A stretch of 45,034 nt of DNA, taken from the UHGV virus genome UHGV-0114729. One strand, given 5' to 3'. A model generated the notes under the pieces. The model saw only the letters and a list, made by a program, of their open reading frames with translations. It did no database searches and was not told the origin of the DNA. Origin of the DNA: a virus. Shown here piece by piece: positions 18,215 to 27,854 of this stretch (within the stretch, counting starts at the first letter, position 1; every line of letters starts with the position of its first letter). The position numbers and the translations under genes were made by a program.

Positions 18215-19558
18215 TTAAACGGGGGTGTTTAACAAATCGTCAGCGGCATCAGAAGATGCGCTACCTGCTGGGAGTGCACCGGGTGCGGTTTCCATCAAAC
18301 GATCCAGCGCCGTATCGGTACGCGCCTGGGCACTTTGCGGTGCAGCAGCCAGAATGCGCTGTGCGCTCTCTACCGTCATACCCGGCGTTTCGGCCAGTGC
18401 TCGCGCCTGTGACTCACGCCCTTTAGCCTCATCGCAGTTCAGGATGCCCATGATGCGGCTATTCTCTGCAGCTACTGCTGCAGTAACCTGCGCACTGACA
18501 TCTACAGGGGCCGCTACGGAAGCAATGGTCGTGTCAACGGTAGTGACCTGTTCAGCTGAGGCAGTTGTCTGAGTTGCTGCCTGGTCAACTGGCTTAGTGG
18601 TCACAGCTGAAGCAGAAGGTGATGGCATAGTTCCTCCAAGGGTTGTTTTTTTGCGTCTGTCGAGTGCTTCGCGCATCACGCCGAGCGCATCGGTATTGTT
18701 AACAAGTTCATCCGCCAGTCCGTTATCCAAAGACTCCTGGCCGGAGAATACTGCCGCTTCGGTGTCCAGCACGTCCTGAACAGACATGCCGGTATAAGCG
18801 GAAACCTTTTCGGCAAACATCTGACGAGTGGCATCGATACGCGTCTGGAAATCAGCACGCACATCTTTCGGAAGCTTTTCGTAAGGGTTGCCGTCGACCT
18901 TGCGATCGCCGCTGTAAATCAGCGTGACCTCAACGCCGTTAGTTTTGAGCGCAGCGCCATAGTTGCTGTGCGCCATCATGACCCCAATGGAGCCGGTTCT
19001 GGCCGTTTGTGTGACCAGCCGTCGCGATGCCGAACTGGCTATAAGCTGCCCTGCACTGCAGTTCATGTCATTGGCCAGCGCCCAGATGGGTTTGATATCG
19101 CGCATACGGGCTATAATGTCGGCGCAGTCAAACGCCCCGGACACCATTCCACCCGGCGTATCCATATCCAGAAGAATGCCGTCAACGCCGGGGTCACTGA
19201 TTGCCTGCTGCAGGCGAGCAATGATCCCGTTGTAACCCGTCATGCCGGAATAAGGCTGAAGCGCACGGGTTTTACTGACCAGCGTGCCGGAAACCGGCAA
19301 GACCGCGATACCATTTGCCACCTGATAGCTGCGTGATGGACGGGGATCCATGTCATCATCCTCACCAAACAGCGCCAGCGGTTCGGCTATTTGTCCGGCA
19401 TCAAGCGTGATGCCAGAGACGGTATCTGTCAGCCGGGTGATGCCCAACTGGCCAGCCAGCGCGCAAAAGAAAACCCGCGCATAGGCGGGTTCAAGCATCA
19501 GCGGCTCATTAAAGGCCATACTGGCAATATGCGGAAGATTACGCAGCTCGTGCGCCAT
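18215..19558 (-). CDS. C: Prohead protease/scaffold C (with nested Nu3-type scaffold in frame)
   Basis: 447 aa, lambda C-like ([28 protein letters not shown]). Confidence 0.95.
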   Translation of the reverse strand: MAHELRNLPHIASMAFNEPLMLEPAYARVFFCALAGQLGITRLTDTVSGITLDAGQIAEPLALFGEDDDMDPRPSRSYQVANGIAVLPVSGTLVSKTRALQPYSGMTGYNGIIARLQQAISDPGVDGILLDMDTPGGMVSGAFDCADIIARMRDIKPIWALANDMNCSAGQLIASSASRRLVTQTARTGSIGVMMAHSNYGAALKTNGVEVTLIYSGDRKVDGNPYEKLPKDVRADFQTRIDATRQMFAEKVSAYTGMSVQDVLDTEAAVFSGQESLDNGLADELVNNTDALGVMREALDRRKKTTLGGTMPSPSASAVTTKPVDQAATQTTASAEQVTTVDTTIASVAAPVDVSAQVTAAVAAENSRIMGILNCDEAKGRESQARALAETPGMTVESAQRILAAAPQSAQARTDTALDRLMETAPGALPAGSASSDAADDLLNTPV

Positions 19559-21131
19559 CTTGCTCCTCCTCGTTTGATTTTTTCACTCCGGCCTCAAAAG
19601 CTGCAGCGGCCCATGCCGGTGGTTTCAGACCCGCAGCACGACGCTCCATGGTTTCCCGGACCTGCTGGGCAAAAATCTCCTGATAATCATCACCGCGTTT
19701 GGCGCACTCTTTTTCATACGTGCTGAGACCTGCCTCAATGAGCATGACGGCCTCCTGTACCTCTTTCAGCCCGTCAATTGCCATTCGACCAGAGCCAATC
19801 CAGTTGGCATTCCCCCAGGCTGTTCTCGCCTCCTGGAAACTGAACCGGGCTTTCGAAGGAAGCGTGACCACGCGGCGGACAATCGCCTCTTCAAGCCAGC
19901 AAAGAAACATCTGACAGGCCTGTCGGGATGCCACAAACTTGCGACGCCCCATAAAGTACGCCCAGGACTCGTTAGCACTTGCGCGTGCGGTCGAGTAGCT
20001 CATCTGCGAATAGTTTCGCGAAAGCTGCTCATACGACACACCAAGCCCAGCGGCAATATAACGCAGCAGGGACTGTTCAAAAGTCGAGTAGCCGTTATCG
20101 GTATCCTGCGCCGACTGAAGGTTGAGAGAATCACCCGGCAACAGGTGTGGAACCCTTGCCCCACCCAGGCGAACAGGCGCAGCTGAGTAATAGGACGCCA
20201 TTTCACCGAGCCAGCCCGTAAGTTTGCTCTGCTGCTCTTTATTATCCGCGCCGAGAATAAAGTCCATCGCCGATTGGGTATCCAGTTCACTCTCGATGGT
20301 AGCGGCATACATAGCCTTCACTATCGCGCTCTGGAGCTGGGTATTTTGCAGGGTATCGAGCATTTTCATCTGCTCCATCACGCTGTAAAACGCATTGGCC
20401 CCACGGGTCTGTCCATCCTCCATCGGTTCGAATACATGGATAAATGAAGGTCGACCGCCGGGTAGTTCGCGAGGAATGTAGGTCCAGTTCTGCGCCATCC
20501 AGCCGGGATAACCATCGTCGCTGACGTAATATCCCAGCGCAGCACCGCTATCATTTATTTTCACACCGGCGCGACAGTTCCGGGTATCACCGATATTATT
20601 CGGATTGCTGACGCGCTTCGGACTGACCATTTTGAACTGAGTACGGAAAAGACGCGTTGAATCGCTGTCCCAGGTCGCCTGCGTGCATAATTCACCGTTA
20701 AACGCGTGCATGGCCACACCTTCTCGGATCATCATCGTAAACGTTCGCTTACGCTCGGCATCAATCCCGCAAAAGTCGTCCTCGGCATACTCATTCCATG
20801 CAGCTTCCACATCCCGCGAGAATGCCCGTGAATCCTCCTCATTTATTCCCAGATAACGCCAGCTTGGTCGATAACTGAGTCTGAAAAATGACCCGACGAT
20901 GTGGTCCTGGTGGAGCTGCACGGCGTTTGCCGCGTAGCCATTATTTCGCACCAGATCGTCAGCGCGGGCATTTCCGCGAGAATAGTTGGGTAGGAGTGCG
21001 GCATCTGCACTTTCACTCGGCGGATTCCAGCCTCGCAGCTGCCCACCAAACCCGCCTCCACTGCCATGATATCCTGCGTATTCCCGAAGGGATGTTTTCC
21101 CGTCAGGTCCCACCAAAGATGGTATTTTCAT
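19539..21131 (-). CDS. B: Portal protein B
   Basis: 530 aa, lambda B-like, at the expected position. Confidence 0.95.
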   Translation of the reverse strand: MKIPSLVGPDGKTSLREYAGYHGSGGGFGGQLRGWNPPSESADAALLPNYSRGNARADDLVRNNGYAANAVQLHQDHIVGSFFRLSYRPSWRYLGINEEDSRAFSRDVEAAWNEYAEDDFCGIDAERKRTFTMMIREGVAMHAFNGELCTQATWDSDSTRLFRTQFKMVSPKRVSNPNNIGDTRNCRAGVKINDSGAALGYYVSDDGYPGWMAQNWTYIPRELPGGRPSFIHVFEPMEDGQTRGANAFYSVMEQMKMLDTLQNTQLQSAIVKAMYAATIESELDTQSAMDFILGADNKEQQSKLTGWLGEMASYYSAAPVRLGGARVPHLLPGDSLNLQSAQDTDNGYSTFEQSLLRYIAAGLGVSYEQLSRNYSQMSYSTARASANESWAYFMGRRKFVASRQACQMFLCWLEEAIVRRVVTLPSKARFSFQEARTAWGNANWIGSGRMAIDGLKEVQEAVMLIEAGLSTYEKECAKRGDDYQEIFAQQVRETMERRAAGLKPPAWAAAAFEAGVKKSNEEEQDGARAA

Positions 21132-21334
21132 ACGTAAAACCCTGCTGGCCCCCGGCGTCGTGATGTGGTGCCAACCTGAGATTCAAGGTCAGCAATATAT
21201 TTTTTGAGATCGCTGACTGAAGTGGCTGTAAATTCCACTCTTCGACCGTCTTTCTGTACCGTCGCCACGCGCTTTCCCATCATCAGGTCATGTAACGCAG
21301 CGCGCGCGGCATCCAGTTCAGTCTGTGTTGCCAT
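21128..21334 (-). CDS. W: Head-tail joining protein W
   Basis: 68 aa, position and size as lambda W. Confidence 0.9.
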   Translation of the reverse strand: MATQTELDAARAALHDLMMGKRVATVQKDGRRVEFTATSVSDLKKYIADLESQVGTTSRRRGPAGFYV

Positions 21335-23256
21335 TATTCATCTCCAGATAATGCCCGCGCGTAATCCGCCAGGGTCTTGTTATTGTTACGGCTGCCTTCT
21401 TCCTCCAGCAGGCTGGCCAGAAGTGAATCAAGATTTAGCTGCCAGCGGGATATGCTTATACGCAGCGCCGCCAGTGCATAAACAAAGCAATCGAGCGCCT
21501 CATTTCGTCGTTTTTTGCTGTCCCAGACGATTTTCTTACGCCCGTCCACCCATTTTTCAACCTGCTCCTCAGCAGTAAGCTGCTGCGCCTCAGCCAGATC
21601 ATAAATTTCGGGGTTATTGGGAAAATGCACGGCACCGGCAAGAGGTTCACTCCCTTCCGGCTGAAGTGTGAAGCGGTTATAAATCTGCTCCTTTGCGGTA
21701 TCAGTCCCCACTTCCGTCAGATAAACGCCGTTCTTGTTGCGTTTACGCGGCATATTCGCGACAGGCTTACCGTAAACGGAAGCCCCTTTAATCGGGATCA
21801 CGCGAAACAAACCATGCTTTTTTGAGCGATTGTAGACAATGGTGGGGTCAATACCGCCGATATCCCAGCAGATACGGGATACCGACATTTCCACGCCATT
21901 CTTTCGGAGATAGGTTTTGTTAATCGCCTCGTCCACCCTGACGAGGGTCGCTTCATCATCATGACGGCCCATAATGATCTGCCGGTCAATCAGCCAGCTT
22001 TCCTCACCGGGCCCCCATCCCCAGACGCGCATTTCATATCGATCCAGTTGGGAGTCGATCCCGGCTGTCAGATAAGCAACACGCTCCGGTACGGATGCCC
22101 CGAAGAACTCTTTGCGTTCGGCCATGAGCTCCGCGTCAGGCCGTTCACCAATTTTAGGCTCCCATGTTTCGCCCAGAGTGGTGTTCACGAAGGTTTTACG
22201 CTTTCCTGTATCCCCTTTCGTTTTTAGCCAGTCTTTAACGATCTGAACCCAGGTGGTAAACGGGCTGTATGCCGTCCAGATGTGAAACGTCACGCTGTCT
22301 GGCGGGTCGATTTCGGTGCCTGTTGATGAAAACCAGGATAAACCGTCGCGCGTCCAGATCCCGGTGGTGTCGCAGATGTAACGAGCTTCAGTGAAATCCA
22401 GCTCCTGCTGCTTAATGACGCAGGCATTATGTTCACACAGGTAAAAGACGCTGGAGGGTTCGCCCGGTGTCCATTTCAGCCCGAACGGGGTCTCTTTGTC
22501 GCCGAATTTAAGGTACTGCTCTTCACCACAGTGCGGACAGGCAACATGAAAACGCATGAAATGCCCGGACTCGCTGGCAGCACGCTCAATCTGGCAGGTC
22601 CCCTTTGTTTTTGGCGTTGAGCCGCGAATAGATTTGGGCCAGACAGACCCCTCAATACGTTTATCACCCAGGAACGTCGGGGATCCCTCTTTCTCAATAT
22701 CTTCATCGAATGCCGCCAGTTCATCGTAACCGGCGACATCGACCGATTTCTCACGATAGTTTTTCGCCGCTTTACCACCCAGACACCAGAACCCGCGACC
22801 GTTGGAGAAGCGTTTCATACTGAGCGTATTGTCCCGGTGCTTTTTTCCATACCAGGGGGCCAGCGCCAGAAGTGACGGAATATCGCGAATCGTCGGCTCA
22901 ACATGCGACTTCATAAAGTTTTCGGCGTCACCATCAGTAGGCAGCCAGATAAGGGAATTTCGCTGCTTGTGCTGAATAAAATACGCATAAACACCCAGCA
23001 ACATTTTTGAATAGCCAACACGGGCAGACTTAACAACGTTGACCTCACGTATGTAATCGTTACCCATCGCATTCATGATCGCGCGTTGAAACGGCAACGT
23101 TTCCCAGCGCCCTTCCTGGTAGGCCGACTCTTTGGGGAGATAGTAATTATCGTCTGCCCATTCAACCGCCGTTTGCGGCTCAGGTCGGTACAGCGAAAGT
23201 AGACCCGCGCGCGCAGAGTGCTGCAGCCCCTTAACCTGACTGTTCGATATATTCAC
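21334..23256 (-). CDS. A: Terminase large subunit
   Basis: 640 aa, near-identical to lambda gpA as recalled. Confidence 0.97.
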   Translation of the reverse strand: MNISNSQVKGLQHSARAGLLSLYRPEPQTAVEWADDNYYLPKESAYQEGRWETLPFQRAIMNAMGNDYIREVNVVKSARVGYSKMLLGVYAYFIQHKQRNSLIWLPTDGDAENFMKSHVEPTIRDIPSLLALAPWYGKKHRDNTLSMKRFSNGRGFWCLGGKAAKNYREKSVDVAGYDELAAFDEDIEKEGSPTFLGDKRIEGSVWPKSIRGSTPKTKGTCQIERAASESGHFMRFHVACPHCGEEQYLKFGDKETPFGLKWTPGEPSSVFYLCEHNACVIKQQELDFTEARYICDTTGIWTRDGLSWFSSTGTEIDPPDSVTFHIWTAYSPFTTWVQIVKDWLKTKGDTGKRKTFVNTTLGETWEPKIGERPDAELMAERKEFFGASVPERVAYLTAGIDSQLDRYEMRVWGWGPGEESWLIDRQIIMGRHDDEATLVRVDEAINKTYLRKNGVEMSVSRICWDIGGIDPTIVYNRSKKHGLFRVIPIKGASVYGKPVANMPRKRNKNGVYLTEVGTDTAKEQIYNRFTLQPEGSEPLAGAVHFPNNPEIYDLAEAQQLTAEEQVEKWVDGRKKIVWDSKKRRNEALDCFVYALAALRISISRWQLNLDSLLASLLEEEGSRNNNKTLADYARALSGDE

Positions 23257-23776
23257 TCAGCAACCCCGGTATTATTTCATCCAGCGCAGCTGCTTTGTTC
23301 ATGGCTTTAATGATGTCCTTCTTGAGGAAATCAATATGTCGGTTTTCCAGCTCCGGGAAGCGCCGCTGAACCGACAGAGGAACTCCATCAAGAATGCTGG
23401 CTACTTCTCCGGCCATCCGCGACAGCACGAACGTGCAGAATGCGGTTTCCACCACCTCAGCGGAATCTTTTGCATTTTTTAGTTCCTGGGCATCTGCCTG
23501 CGCTCGGGTGAGGCGGTGACGCTCATAGTCAATCGTACCAGGCTGAAGGTCGGATTCCGATGCAAGACGAAGGTCTTCCACCTCCTTCCGTAATTTCTCA
23601 TTCTCAATCGCCGCGTCGCGTGCGGAATACCATTCGATAGCCGCGGAAGATTCATAGAGGACCTCATTACCTTTTCCACCGCCACGTGCTACAGGCATTC
23701 CCTGATCCTGCCAGTTCTGAATGGTTCGCACGCTGACCCCAAATATTTCAGAAAGACGCTTTTTGTTGACCTCCAT
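23231..23776 (-). CDS. nu1: Terminase small subunit
   Basis: 181 aa, near-identical to lambda Nu1 (MEVNKK..IFG.S.RTIQNWQ.QGMPV). Confidence 0.97.
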   Translation of the reverse strand: MEVNKKRLSEIFGVSVRTIQNWQDQGMPVARGGGKGNEVLYESSAAIEWYSARDAAIENEKLRKEVEDLRLASESDLQPGTIDYERHRLTRAQADAQELKNAKDSAEVVETAFCTFVLSRMAGEVASILDGVPLSVQRRFPELENRHIDFLKKDIIKAMNKAAALDEIIPGLLSEYIEQSG

Positions 23777-23779
23777 AGC

Positions 23780-24000
23780 TCACTCCATACACAAAAACAG
23801 AGAAAGGAAACGCCCTCTGGCTATTTAGCCGTTTTTAAGGCTTATCATTTCCTTTCTTTTCAGGGGGTGTTTACAGTTAAAACAATGAATTAGCGAGAAG
23901 AAGAACGGAAACGGCAAATGCCTGAAAATTTTCATAAATAGCGAGAATCTGCGAGGTCGCCGCCCCGTAAGAAGACGATAAGCTGGAAAGGACCCGAATA
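23780..24000 (-). other. cos: cos site (cosB-cosN-cosQ); cosN 12-nt end at 23954-23965
   Basis: The minus strand contains GGGCGGCGACCT, the lambda cohesive end. It is followed by CGCTATTTATGAAAATTTTC, which matches lambda cosB as recalled. Confidence 0.9.
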
Positions 24001-24260
24001 ATGCATACATCCGCATATATTATGGGCCCACACTCAAGCAAATAACTTGTATATGGTCGTAAAATCCTAATAGCATCTACCAAAGCAAACTATTGAAATT
24101 AACCTGTTCATCATGCTTTAAAATAAACCTATGTAATTAACATTTCCACTTAGTTCCAAACTGTTGTGTGTAGCAACTGACACATAGCCAAGAAATAAAT
24201 ATCGTCGCAACTTATATGTCACCCCACTAAACCTTATCAACAAACTTACACGTTAAACAC

Positions 24261-25148
24261 TTAATCCCTATCTAAAATCCCTTTCTTATAAGCCCTAGCA
24301 AGATAAAGTAGGTTACTTTCCTTATCATCACTATGTAAAATCTCAGCATGCTTATCACTTACTTTAATGAATCCCTTCGCAGCCTGCAGAAGCCCCAAAC
24401 CTGTCACCAACGGATTTTCCGTGTCGCTAACACTAATAATCGCTCCTAAAACAATATTAACCATATCGTCAGAACCTGGCATTTCAAAACTTAAATTGTA
24501 GCGATTTAAGAACCAACCTTTATTAATTTCACTAATTCTGTTTATATCTTCCAAGGAATTACGGAAGCGTTCATAAGCCTTTTTTTGAAAAAGCGGCTCA
24601 TCGGGAGCATAAGCAACATCTTGGTATAAGTCATCCAGATAATTATGGAACGCATCATAATCAACTTTATATTTATGCTTAAACTCAAGTATCTGCTCAG
24701 GATGGATATGTGGTCCGGGAACAGGAAGTGCATCAAAGAGTTCAAGTTTTAAGTTCGTATTTCTATCACTTGTCCCATTCCCCCCTATAAATTCCTCTCC
24801 TATCTGATGTAAATTCCAGTCACGCTGAGGCTCATCCTTCCTTAACTTACTAAGTATCTCAACCTGACGTTTTGGGAACTCTATCGGGTACTGATCGCTA
24901 TTGAATCCGATAGACACTACTGGTCTAGACAAAAAGTCCAAACCAATCAATATATCTTCTCGGGGTAATTGAAAATATATTTCTCTTGAGCCTGGAATTA
25001 CTAATCTATCCCAAAAAAGAGTGTAATAATTCAAATCTTCTTCATTCAACCCTCGCGCTGTCTGGAATCCACCAGTGGGCAAAACTTCCGTCATAACAGG
25101 TGAAGCAACAACACATCTTTCCACAATATTCCCCTTAGTAGTTTTCAC
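24261..25148 (-). CDS. Orphan 295-aa protein, AT-rich moron between Rz and cos (function unknown)
   Basis: Long ORF in a visibly AT-rich tract flanked by AT-rich non-coding DNA. The start is uncertain: the track start is GTG with no clear SD. I recognise no motif with confidence. Confidence 0.7.
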   Translation of the reverse strand: MKTTKGNIVERCVVASPVMTEVLPTGGFQTARGLNEEDLNYYTLFWDRLVIPGSREIYFQLPREDILIGLDFLSRPVVSIGFNSDQYPIEFPKRQVEILSKLRKDEPQRDWNLHQIGEEFIGGNGTSDRNTNLKLELFDALPVPGPHIHPEQILEFKHKYKVDYDAFHNYLDDLYQDVAYAPDEPLFQKKAYERFRNSLEDINRISEINKGWFLNRYNLSFEMPGSDDMVNIVLGAIISVSDTENPLVTGLGLLQAAKGFIKVSDKHAEILHSDDKESNLLYLARAYKKGILDRD

Positions 25149-25398
25149 TCAAAAGCTTAGGAGAAAGTAACTATCACACCCACAAAAAAAAGTAAACGAA
25201 AAATACTGTATACTTGATTTGGATTATGAAACTCTATCAGTCACGCTTGTGGCAATAATAAAAATAATCGACAACATCGGAATACCTAATAAACAATCAT
25301 CTCAAAAATGAAATCTACTAGCATTTTTCAGAACGTCTTTTTCATAAACTAGTACATAGAACAGTTTGACTGACTTCATAAAATTTATTTTTCCCTAG

Positions 25399-25920
25399 TT
25401 AATGAGATGCTCGAACATTTTCTATCTCTCGAATCCCTGCAAAGCGCTTGTTGCCCTTTTCGATAAGTGACAGTAACGGTTTTATCCAAAGCACTGCCTG
25501 ACAATATGTCATTGGGCTGGTGGTAACGGCACGATCATCGGCTGAGTTAAGTTTGTCGGTATCGGTGTGCATGGCGCTGGCACGTAAACGGTACGCGTAT
25601 TCGAGCAGCCCACCAGCAATGTCAGCAGGAACAGGCAGATCACAGGTTTTTTCACGGCGGAGAATCTCCCGGTATTCGATAACTGTTTCTTCAGTACTGG
25701 TGTCGATCAGGGAGTTAAGCCTGATGGCATGTTCGGCAACCTGATTGAATCGATTGAAGTTGAATGCCTGGGTGGCGATCACCTGCCCCTGCATAGAATT
25801 GTCGCTTCGCAGAACGTCGTTATCGCTCTGAAGGCTACTGGCGTCGGAGCAACTCTTAACGAGAGCGACCGAAAGGACAGCAATAACAACAACGCCGATA
25901 AGACCCGGATTAATTTTCAT
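25399..25920 (-). CDS. Rz: i-spanin (Rz-like)
   Basis: N-terminal TM (MKINPGLIGVVVIAVLSVALV) with a periplasmic coiled part. The ATG overlaps the endolysin stop (ATGA). Confidence 0.8.
   Translation of the reverse strand: MKINPGLIGVVVIAVLSVALVKSCSDASSLQSDNDVLRSDNSMQGQVIATQAFNFNRFNQVAEHAIRLNSLIDTSTEETVIEYREILRREKTCDLPVPADIAGGLLEYAYRLRASAMHTDTDKLNSADDRAVTTSPMTYCQAVLWIKPLLSLIEKGNKRFAGIREIENVRASH
25509..25655 (-). CDS. Rz1: o-spanin lipoprotein (Rz1-like) embedded in the +1 frame of Rz
   Basis: My own translation gives (GTG)KKPVICLFLLTLLVGCSNTRTVYVPAPCTPIPTNLTQPMIVPLPPAQ*. It has a lipobox (LLVGC), a Pro-rich mature part and GGGAGA upstream. It is below the ORF-track size cut-off. Confidence 0.75.
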   Translation of the reverse strand: MKKPVICLFLLTLLVGCSNTRTVYVPAPCTPIPTNLTQPMIVPLPPAQ

Positions 25921-26465
25921 TGGTCTAACCCCCAGCACGCCAGTGCGCTTTCCTGGTCCCGTCGCTCAACCTGACCATAGCAGCCATTCTTCTGGCCTTT
26001 GGTTAGACGGCAATCACGGCCACCGTCTTTAATCCACCAGCGGATAGCTTCACAGGCTCCTTTCGTATCGCCAGCATTAATTCGCTTATAGAACGTAGAC
26101 GGGAAACATTTTCCGGGGCCGATGTTATATGGGCAGAAAGAAGCGATACCCGCTTTCTGTGGTTCGGTCAGTGGTACTTTGATATTTCGGTCAACCCACG
26201 CCAGCGCCTTGTCGCGTTCAATGGCGTTTACCTGGGCGCATTTCTCAGCTGACAGCTTCATGCCCTGTACTACTGGCTTGCCATCAACCATTGTTGCACC
26301 ACGGCAAATGGTCCAGAGTCCGCCGCCGTCGCGATATGCTGTCAAGCTGTTACCCTCTTTCTCATCCAGAAACTGATCGAGAATCACGGGTGCGGAAGCC
26401 CCGGCAAGAATCAAACCAACGACCGCTGCGCTCAATTTATTCTTCAGCTTTAGAGACATAGCCAT
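25917..26465 (-). CDS. R: SAR endolysin (T4-lysozyme/GH24 type, R21-like)
   Basis: N-terminal weakly hydrophobic Gly/Ala-rich signal-anchor-release segment (LSAAVVGLILAGASAPVIL). Catalytic E-x8-D-x5-T (EGNSLTAYRDGGGLWT). Confidence 0.9.
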   Translation of the reverse strand: MAMSLKLKNKLSAAVVGLILAGASAPVILDQFLDEKEGNSLTAYRDGGGLWTICRGATMVDGKPVVQGMKLSAEKCAQVNAIERDKALAWVDRNIKVPLTEPQKAGIASFCPYNIGPGKCFPSTFYKRINAGDTKGACEAIRWWIKDGGRDCRLTKGQKNGCYGQVERRDQESALACWGLDQ

Positions 26466-26715
26466 TGCGCCGATCCTCCCGTTCTTTCCAGCGGAAATAC
26501 CAGTTCACTGCACAGGTGATTACCGTGCATGCGATACCGACAATAATTGCCCAGTCGCTCAGGCTTAACCCTGCAATTCTGTCGGCCAACATCCAGGACA
26601 CCTCTTTTGCTGTTTTTGCTGTTTCGGCATATGCCTTCGCTGATACACCGCAGCCGGTCAGCGTGGTGCCTGTTCCATATGAAAGTCTGCTGTAAATGGT
26701 GCTCATTCTGGTCAT
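26437..26715 (-). CDS. S: Pinholin (S21-like), dual-start motif MTRM
   Basis: ..YGTGTTLTGCG.. and SLSDWAIIVGIACTVITCAVNWYFRWKEREDRR parallel phage 21 S as recalled. Paired with a SAR endolysin. Confidence 0.8.
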   Translation of the reverse strand: MTRMSTIYSRLSYGTGTTLTGCGVSAKAYAETAKTAKEVSWMLADRIAGLSLSDWAIIVGIACTVITCAVNWYFRWKEREDRRNGYVSKAEE

Positions 26716-26824
26716 AGCCTCACCTCCGATTCTTCGGATGGCGCTGTGTGTGTATGAAAAGGATCAGGCTTCACTGGCTGGATTTATCAACAAAGCACGT
26801 AGCGGATGATTCCCGGAAGCCTGA

Positions 26825-26851
26825 AATAAAAAAGCCCCGCTATTACGGGGC
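26825..26851 (-). terminator. Rho-independent terminator after the HEPN-like moron
   Basis: Minus strand reads GCCCCG-taatag-CGGGGC followed by TTTTTTATTT. Confidence 0.8.
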
Positions 26852-26865
26852 AGTTAATAGAATTA

Positions 26866-26893
26866 TAAAGTTTAAAAGTTTAAAAGTTTAAAG
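26866..26893. repeat. 8-bp tandem repeat (TAAAAGTT, about 3.5 copies) spanning the stop codon of the 213-aa gene
   Basis: Read directly: taaagtt taaaagtt taaaagtt taaagg. Confidence 0.9.
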
Positions 26894-27521
26894 GAACCAT
26901 AAAGCTACCAGGCTCTGCACCAGCTTCTTTATTTATTTCTTTACGGATTACCTCATTAATCTGAAAAGCCTCATTGTATACTTTTTCTAAGTTAATTGAC
27001 GCCTTCATATTATAGTATGTTTTTTCCTCACAAACATATAACCTTATCGGATATGGCCTAGGGTTGATTGCCTTCCAGTGGGAGATCACAAAATTATAAA
27101 CTGCAATACCATGACCTTTCATCTTCCCTGCTGTAACATCAATGTTTAGCTGATCTAAATACTCATCGAAGTGTTGCAAGGTGTTTCTCACCCTCACGGA
27201 ATTAATTTCCTTAATTTCAATATCTTTTATTTTTTCTTGAAGGTAATTACTTCGCTTAATATGCAATCTGAATTGTTCAGGGGATTCTTCCCTAGTCTGA
27301 TTTTTAGGAACTGCGATTAGTTTCTTGACGTTAGCCGCATCTGAAAGAATACTATTTATTAATATATGAATATTGTAATCAATTTTAAAGTAGTAACCAG
27401 CATCAGGAAGTGGTGTCTCATGAAAGAGCTCTTCACAGCGTGTTTTTATCGAATGAGTTAACAACCATAATTCGTGCAAATAAATAAAATTAAGTTTCAT
27501 TTGCTCAAAGGTTTTTGACAT
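26880..27521 (-). CDS. HEPN-like (Rx4H) 213-aa protein, AbiU2/AbiV-style candidate abortive-infection RNase; AT-rich moron
   Basis: Strong RBS (AAGGAG, 8 nt upstream). Motif VRNTLQHFDEY matches the R-N-x3-H HEPN signature. All-helical-looking, very AT-rich, with its own terminator. Confidence 0.75.
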   Translation of the reverse strand: MSKTFEQMKLNFIYLHELWLLTHSIKTRCEELFHETPLPDAGYYFKIDYNIHILINSILSDAANVKKLIAVPKNQTREESPEQFRLHIKRSNYLQEKIKDIEIKEINSVRVRNTLQHFDEYLDQLNIDVTAGKMKGHGIAVYNFVISHWKAINPRPYPIRLYVCEEKTYYNMKASINLEKVYNEAFQINEVIRKEINKEAGAEPGSFMVPLNF

Positions 27522-27854
27522 AGCGAACTCTCCTTTTCAATAGTCCGCTTTTATAGCATTTACATAAGGGGCCTGTGAATTACTATTCTGTTGCTTACCA
27601 CACTCTCGCAGTGGCCGCGCTCATGCCTTTGAGACCGTAGTCAGGGGTATCTCATGAATCCCTCACCTCTAACCGGAGAACGATTGGCGATCGTTCTGGA
27701 GTACCGGCACACCTCTTCTTTATTAACCCTAACCAGTGTGTGTTGCAGTTCGTACCTGCATCTGGCTCTCATGGAGACTCGGGACCGCATCACGACTGCG
27801 GATTTGCCTATCGGCTGCGGTCTATCCGTTTACTGGTGCATTTTCTTACCCTCC

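Noticed and set aside
23825-24083. Minus-strand ORFs of 63 and 68 aa across cos
   Set aside because: They span cosN/cosB, which is cleaved in the virion chromosome, and have no RBS. The region is explained by cos.
27785-27801. Anticodon-arm-like hairpin CCGCA-GTCGTGA-TGCGG (minus strand), suggesting a tRNA-Thr(CGU)
   Set aside because: No acceptor stem, D-arm (GG) or T-arm (GTTCRA) could be built on either strand in the flanking sequence. It is not a tRNA gene. It is kept only as part of the leader observation.
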